DNA of 64,000 nucleotides from an uncultured Actinomycetota bacterium (GTDB lineage Bacteria; Actinomycetota; Actinomycetes; Propionibacteriales; DAIQRJ01): NCBI GenBank assembly GCA_963724495.1, contig CAVRUZ010000003.1, positions 12,815 to 76,814 of the forward strand, read 5' to 3'. Shown piece by piece: positions 59,940 to 64,000 of this stretch (position 1 is its first letter; each line of letters starts with the position of its first letter). The notes under the pieces were generated by a model. It saw only the letters and a program-made list of their open reading frames with translations, ran no database searches and was not told where the DNA came from. The position numbers and the translations under genes were made by a program.

Positions 59940-60272
59940 ATGCAGACGATCTCTCTCGACGCGTTGGCTCGTGACCTGCTGGGCCGGGCGGCCTCCGCCG
60001 GTGGCGGCCACACGGCGGACACCGTCGTCGGCGGCCATGAGCGGGTGCTCCGACAGACCGTCATCGCGATGGTCGAGGGAGCTGTGCTGTCCGAGCACGA
60101 GAACCCAGGTGAGGCGACCGTGCATGTGCTCAGCGGCGAGGTACGTCTCGTGGCCGGCGACGAGTCGTGGGCCGGGCGGCCAGGCGACCTCATCGTGGTT
60201 CCGGACGCACGCCACCGGCTCGAGGCGCTGGTGGACTCGGCGGTGCTCCTGACCGTTGCCAAGCTGGCGTAG
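59940..60272 (+). CDS. Cupin domain protein
   Basis: LRQTVIA...LSEHENPGEATVHVL.G...ARH.LEA..DSAVLLTV motif. Confidence 0.9.
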   Translation: MQTISLDALARDLLGRAASAGGGHTADTVVGGHERVLRQTVIAMVEGAVLSEHENPGEATVHVLSGEVRLVAGDESWAGRPGDLIVVPDARHRLEALVDSAVLLTVAKLA

Positions 60273-60284
60273 CCGGCCCGCGAG

Positions 60285-60959
60285 TCAACCTCCCGTCGGC
60301 GAGGCAACGTGGGGTGCCGGGGGAAGCACGCGGTCGAGCAGGGCGTAGATCGTGGCGATGACTGCCAACATGACCGTGATCCCGAGGCAGTACAGCAGCA
60401 CCAGCGGGTACCCGTGCGTGTCCACGTCGACGAACGGGTACGGGTACCAGGAACTCAGCGCACCGTGCACGAGTGTGTAGCCCAGCCACAGCACCGGCCA
60501 GATCATCGCGAGCAGCACGGTCCGGAGCCCGATGCGGGGACGCGGCCCGAACATCACCCAGCCCACTACGACCAGGGCAGGAACGACGTAGTGCAACAAG
60601 GTGTTGGCCGTGATCTCCTGCCAGCCATCGGGATCGTGCGTGGCGGCGAGAATGGCTGAGTACACGATGCCGGTGACCGTGATGCCGAACAGGGCAGCCA
60701 GTCGGAGCACCCGCCAGCCTGAACCGTCGCGGTCGGGCCGGAGGGCCAGTTGCAGCGAGACCAGGCCCGCCAGCACGTTGCTCTGAATGGTGAAGAAACT
60801 GACCATGCGGAGCAGCCGCCCGAGAAGCTCTGTGCCGGCCAGAGTTCCGACCGCGTGTCCGGGTGGGAGCGACGAGACGCCGATGGTGATCCACAACTGG
60901 AGAACGATCGCCACCGCGACGCAGAGCGCGATGAGCCCGTGCCACCAGCGCGCCACCAT
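60285..60959 (-). CDS. Pr6Pr (FAR-17a/AIG1-like) membrane protein
   Basis: SFFTIQSN, ITVTGIVY, LLHYVVP and WYPYPF motifs. Confidence 0.88.
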   Translation of the reverse strand: MVARWWHGLIALCVAVAIVLQLWITIGVSSLPPGHAVGTLAGTELLGRLLRMVSFFTIQSNVLAGLVSLQLALRPDRDGSGWRVLRLAALFGITVTGIVYSAILAATHDPDGWQEITANTLLHYVVPALVVVGWVMFGPRPRIGLRTVLLAMIWPVLWLGYTLVHGALSSWYPYPFVDVDTHGYPLVLLYCLGITVMLAVIATIYALLDRVLPPAPHVASPTGG

Positions 60960-61002
60960 GGGCTGAGGCTAGGCGCATGGCCCGCCGCCGTTGCGGGAGC
61001 TG

Positions 61003-61894
61003 TCAGCCGCTGACGTCCTTGGCCGTGAATCGCGCCCAGGCCGCCGCCAGGAAGACGGCCGCGTACGCAAGGTCGACGAGTAAGCCTCGCGAGATCGTGT
61101 CCAACAGGACCGGATCGCGCAGCAGGTCGGCGAAAGCGAGCCACCGGTCGACGAGCAGCCACGGGTGCAGCCAGTCGAGTTGCGGGATGGAGTCGAGGAT
61201 CCACATCAGCGTGCTGAGAGCGACGGTGGCGATCGTCGCCCCAAGAGGCTGCTCGGTCAGCGTCGACACGAACAGGCCGATCGCTGCGAGCGCACCGAGG
61301 CCGGCGGTGAGGTACAGGGCTGCCAGCAGCAGGCGCAGGAGCGCGGGTGCGAAGTCCAGTTGCGTTCCCGACAGCAGCGTCACCGGACCGAATCCGAACG
61401 CGATACCGCCGGCCACCAGATCCGGCCAGGGCGACGGCGAGAACTCCGATGAACGCACCGATCAGCAGCGAGAGGTACTTCATGGCGAGCAGCGTGGTCC
61501 GCCCGACGGGCACCGTGAGCAGATAGCGCAGCGTGCCGAGGTTCGCCTCCCCGGCGATGGAATCGCCACTGAGCCAGGAGACCGCCAGCGGCAGGAACAG
61601 CCCGATCTCGATCCCGAGCGCGGCCAGCGCGACGAAGTAGCCGTTGTTGATGGCCGCGGCGAGGAACAGCGGACCGCCCTCGCCGGACTCGCCGCCGTCT
61701 GAAGACGCCTTCAGGGCGATCGTCATGATCACCGGGATCACCATCAGGACGCCGATGCCGGCCTGGTTGCGTCGTCGCCCGACGATCAGCCGCATCTCCG
61801 AGAGCAGCAACCGGCCGAATGCCGCCGGTGTCCGCTTGCCGCTGAGCTGGAGCGGCGCGGTCGGAGCCATCTGCTGCGGGTCAGCCACTGACAT
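61003..61894 (-). CDS. ABC-2 type transporter permease (frameshift near 61425)
   Basis: FLPLAV..LSGDSIAGEANLGTLRYLL motif, continuing in ORF 61003..61458 (...AWARFTAKDVSG). Confidence 0.88.
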
Positions 61895-62843
61895 CGAACC
61901 CGGCTCCGGTCAGGGCGATGAACTCGTCCTCGAGGCTCGGCCGTCGCACCAGGAACTCCGTCACCGGTACGTCGGCACGGACCAACGAGGCGATGACCAG
62001 GTCGGCCGGCAAGTCGCCGAGCAGGCCGTGCGCGCCGTCGGACACCGCGATGACCTCGTCCATGCCCAGGCCGGTCAGGACCGTGGCCGCCAGGTCGGGA
62101 CGGTTGGTGCGAACCCAGGCGATCGGTGCGAACGCCGAGGTGACGTCGCCGATGGGTCCCTGCGCCACCAGAGAACCGGCGCGCATCACGCCGACGTGCG
62201 TGCACACCTGCTCGACCTCGGAGAGCAGATGGCTCGAGACGAACACCGTCGCCCCGTCGTGGTTCAGCTGGCTGATGAGACTGCGGACCTCGCGGGTGCC
62301 CTGCGGGTCGAGGCCGTTCGTGGGCTCGTCCAGCACCAGCAGCTCCCGCGGCATCAGCAGGGCCGCGGCGATCGCCAGCCGCTGCCGCATGCCAAGGGAG
62401 TAGGCCCGGTACCGCTTGGTCGCGGCCGACAGCAGGCCGACGCGATCGAGGGCAGCGTCGATGCGGCTTCGGCTGGTGCGGGGGTCGGCCAGGGCGTCGG
62501 CGGCATCCAGGCGCTGCAGGTTCGCCCGACCGGACAGGTACAGGTGGAAGGCCGGGCCCTCGACAAGGGCACCGACGCGCTGCAACGCCGCTGACGCCGC
62601 TGCGGGCATGGCGCCGCCGAGCATCGTGATGTCACCGGCGGAGGGATGGATCAGGCCCAGCAGCATCCGGATCGTCGTCGTCTTGCCGGAGCCGTTCGGG
62701 CCGAGGAAGCCGTAGATCGCACCACGCGGAACGTCGAGGTCGACGTCGTCGACTGCGGCATAGGACCCGAATCGCTTGGTCAGGCCGCGGGTGGAGATGG
62801 CAGCCAAGCTCGTGACCGGTGCGCTGGACTCGGTCAGCGTCAT
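61881..62843 (-). CDS. ABC transporter ATP-binding protein
   Basis: GPNGSGKTT, YSLGMRQRL, VLDEPTNGLD and SSH motifs. Confidence 0.95.
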   Translation of the reverse strand: MTLTESSAPVTSLAAISTRGLTKRFGSYAAVDDVDLDVPRGAIYGFLGPNGSGKTTTIRMLLGLIHPSAGDITMLGGAMPAAASAALQRVGALVEGPAFHLYLSGRANLQRLDAADALADPRTSRSRIDAALDRVGLLSAATKRYRAYSLGMRQRLAIAAALLMPRELLVLDEPTNGLDPQGTREVRSLISQLNHDGATVFVSSHLLSEVEQVCTHVGVMRAGSLVAQGPIGDVTSAFAPIAWVRTNRPDLAATVLTGLGMDEVIAVSDGAHGLLGDLPADLVIASLVRADVPVTEFLVRRPSLEDEFIALTGAGFDVSG

Positions 62844-63024
62844 ACGTGGCGGGCTGGCCAGGCGGGCGGACCGTGCCGCCGGCGGCGAGGCACCGGCGGC
62901 TGACGCCACCGCAGCTCACCCGGCGTAGCGCCAGCGGCGTCCGCATCGGGCTCCCGGACGCGGCTGAAGCGGCTACGGCGGTCGAGCGGTGAGGCTCCGG
63001 CCGACGCTGGGTTCACGGCCCGGG

Positions 63025-63999
63025 TCACGGCGTCAGTGCGGAGTACAACCGCTCAGCCGGAACCGCTCCGATCGCCACCCGGCCGTCGTCGGTCAGCACG
63101 GCGGAGAACAGCGTGCCGGTCAGGAGGCGACCGGTTCCCCAGCTGCCGGAGACCTTCGGCAACGCCGCCAGCGGGTTGCCCGACCGGGGGTTGCCTGCGT
63201 TCGGACCGCCCCGGTGGCCACGGTTCTCGTGCACGTGTCCGACCTTGGCGACCACAACGGCGTTCCAGCCCTTGCCGACCACGGTCGGGCGGTCACCGGC
63301 CTTCAGGTTCGGCTTGCCCGGTGCCTTGGAGGGAAGTGCCTGCTCCTTGACCTTCGCACCGGGCGGCGGCGTGAACTCGAACACCGATGCGGCCGGCTTG
63401 TCGAAGCTGACCTTGGTGTAGCCGACCTCGATCGCGGGGTTCTGCGCGCGCACCGAGTAGACCTGCACGCGGAGCGGGACGTGGGTCTTGGCGTCGATCC
63501 CCAGCTGCACGCGACTGACCAGCGTGTCACCAGTGCGTGGTTGCAGCACCAGCTCGTAGACGCCACGACCGGCCACGGTGTCGGTACCAGATGTGCTGAC
63601 CCTGGTGGTGGGGTCGACGGACTTCAGCAGCTCCTCGGCGAGGTCCTGCGGAGAGGCCTTCTGCGGAAGCGGCTTGGCGGTCTTGTCCTTCGCCGGGAGG
63701 GTGGTGTGGACGGCGGTGTTGTCGTTGCTGTTCCAGTGCCAGACGTCCTGACCGTTGCGGATCACGTCGCTCTCGCCACCGCGTCCGACCACTGCCAGCC
63801 GCTGCTTGGTCTCGCCGTCGGCCCAGACGCGAAGCGTGTGCTCGCCGCTGACCAGCGACTGAAGGTCGGAGCTGGCGGAGTCGCTCAAGAGGCCTTCGGG
63901 GAGACCGAGGTTGGCGGTGGAGCGCACGGTGCCGGAGATCGTCTGCGTGTCGGCCTTCTGCAGGTCGACGAGAAGCTGCTCGGCCGTGCGTGGCGGCAG
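63025..63999 (-). CDS. LolA/RseB-like (DUF2092-type) exported protein, 5' end outside window
   Basis: LPPRTAEQLL...SGTV...LGLP, HTLRVW, VAGR..YELVLQP, FEFTPPPGAKV and VLTDDGRV motifs. Lies upstream of the ABC genes. Confidence 0.8.
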   Translation of the reverse strand: MPPRTAEQLLVDLQKADTQTISGTVRSTANLGLPEGLLSDSASSDLQSLVSGEHTLRVWADGETKQRLAVVGRGGESDVIRNGQDVWHWNSNDNTAVHTTLPAKDKTAKPLPQKASPQDLAEELLKSVDPTTRVSTSGTDTVAGRGVYELVLQPRTGDTLVSRVQLGIDAKTHVPLRVQVYSVRAQNPAIEVGYTKVSFDKPAASVFEFTPPPGAKVKEQALPSKAPGKPNLKAGDRPTVVGKGWNAVVVAKVGHVHENRGHRGGPNAGNPRSGNPLAALPKVSGSWGTGRLLTGTLFSAVLTDDGRVAIGAVPAERLYSALTP

Positions 64000-64000
64000 A

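Overview
High-GC actinobacterial chromosomal segment, probably Propionibacteriales-like (inferred from gene content only). It contains the conserved origin-proximal block ppiA-rhomboid ... crgA-DUF881-pabA/trpG-pknB-pbpA-rodA-pstP-fhaB-fhaA ... tRNA-Leu(CAG). Around this block are many accessory genes: an Erm(37)/Erm(41)-like rRNA methyltransferase, two APH-family kinases, an AadA/ANT-type nucleotidyltransferase, VOC and SRPBCC proteins, ECF41 and ECF42 sigma modules with recognisable promoters, actP, a Tat-exported GxGYxYP protein and an ABC exporter. The most striking element is a 12.4-kb operon (36399-48800, minus strand) of four very large uncharacterised proteins (about 924, 1126, 1486 and 588 aa after frame repair), the first three translationally coupled and the first DUF6603-like. 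It is the best candidate for an undescribed multi-protein system. About 16 genes, including core cell-division genes, carry single-base frameshifts that look like long-read assembly errors, so several ORFs in the supplied track are split or falsely fused. All family assignments come from motif recognition, not database searches.
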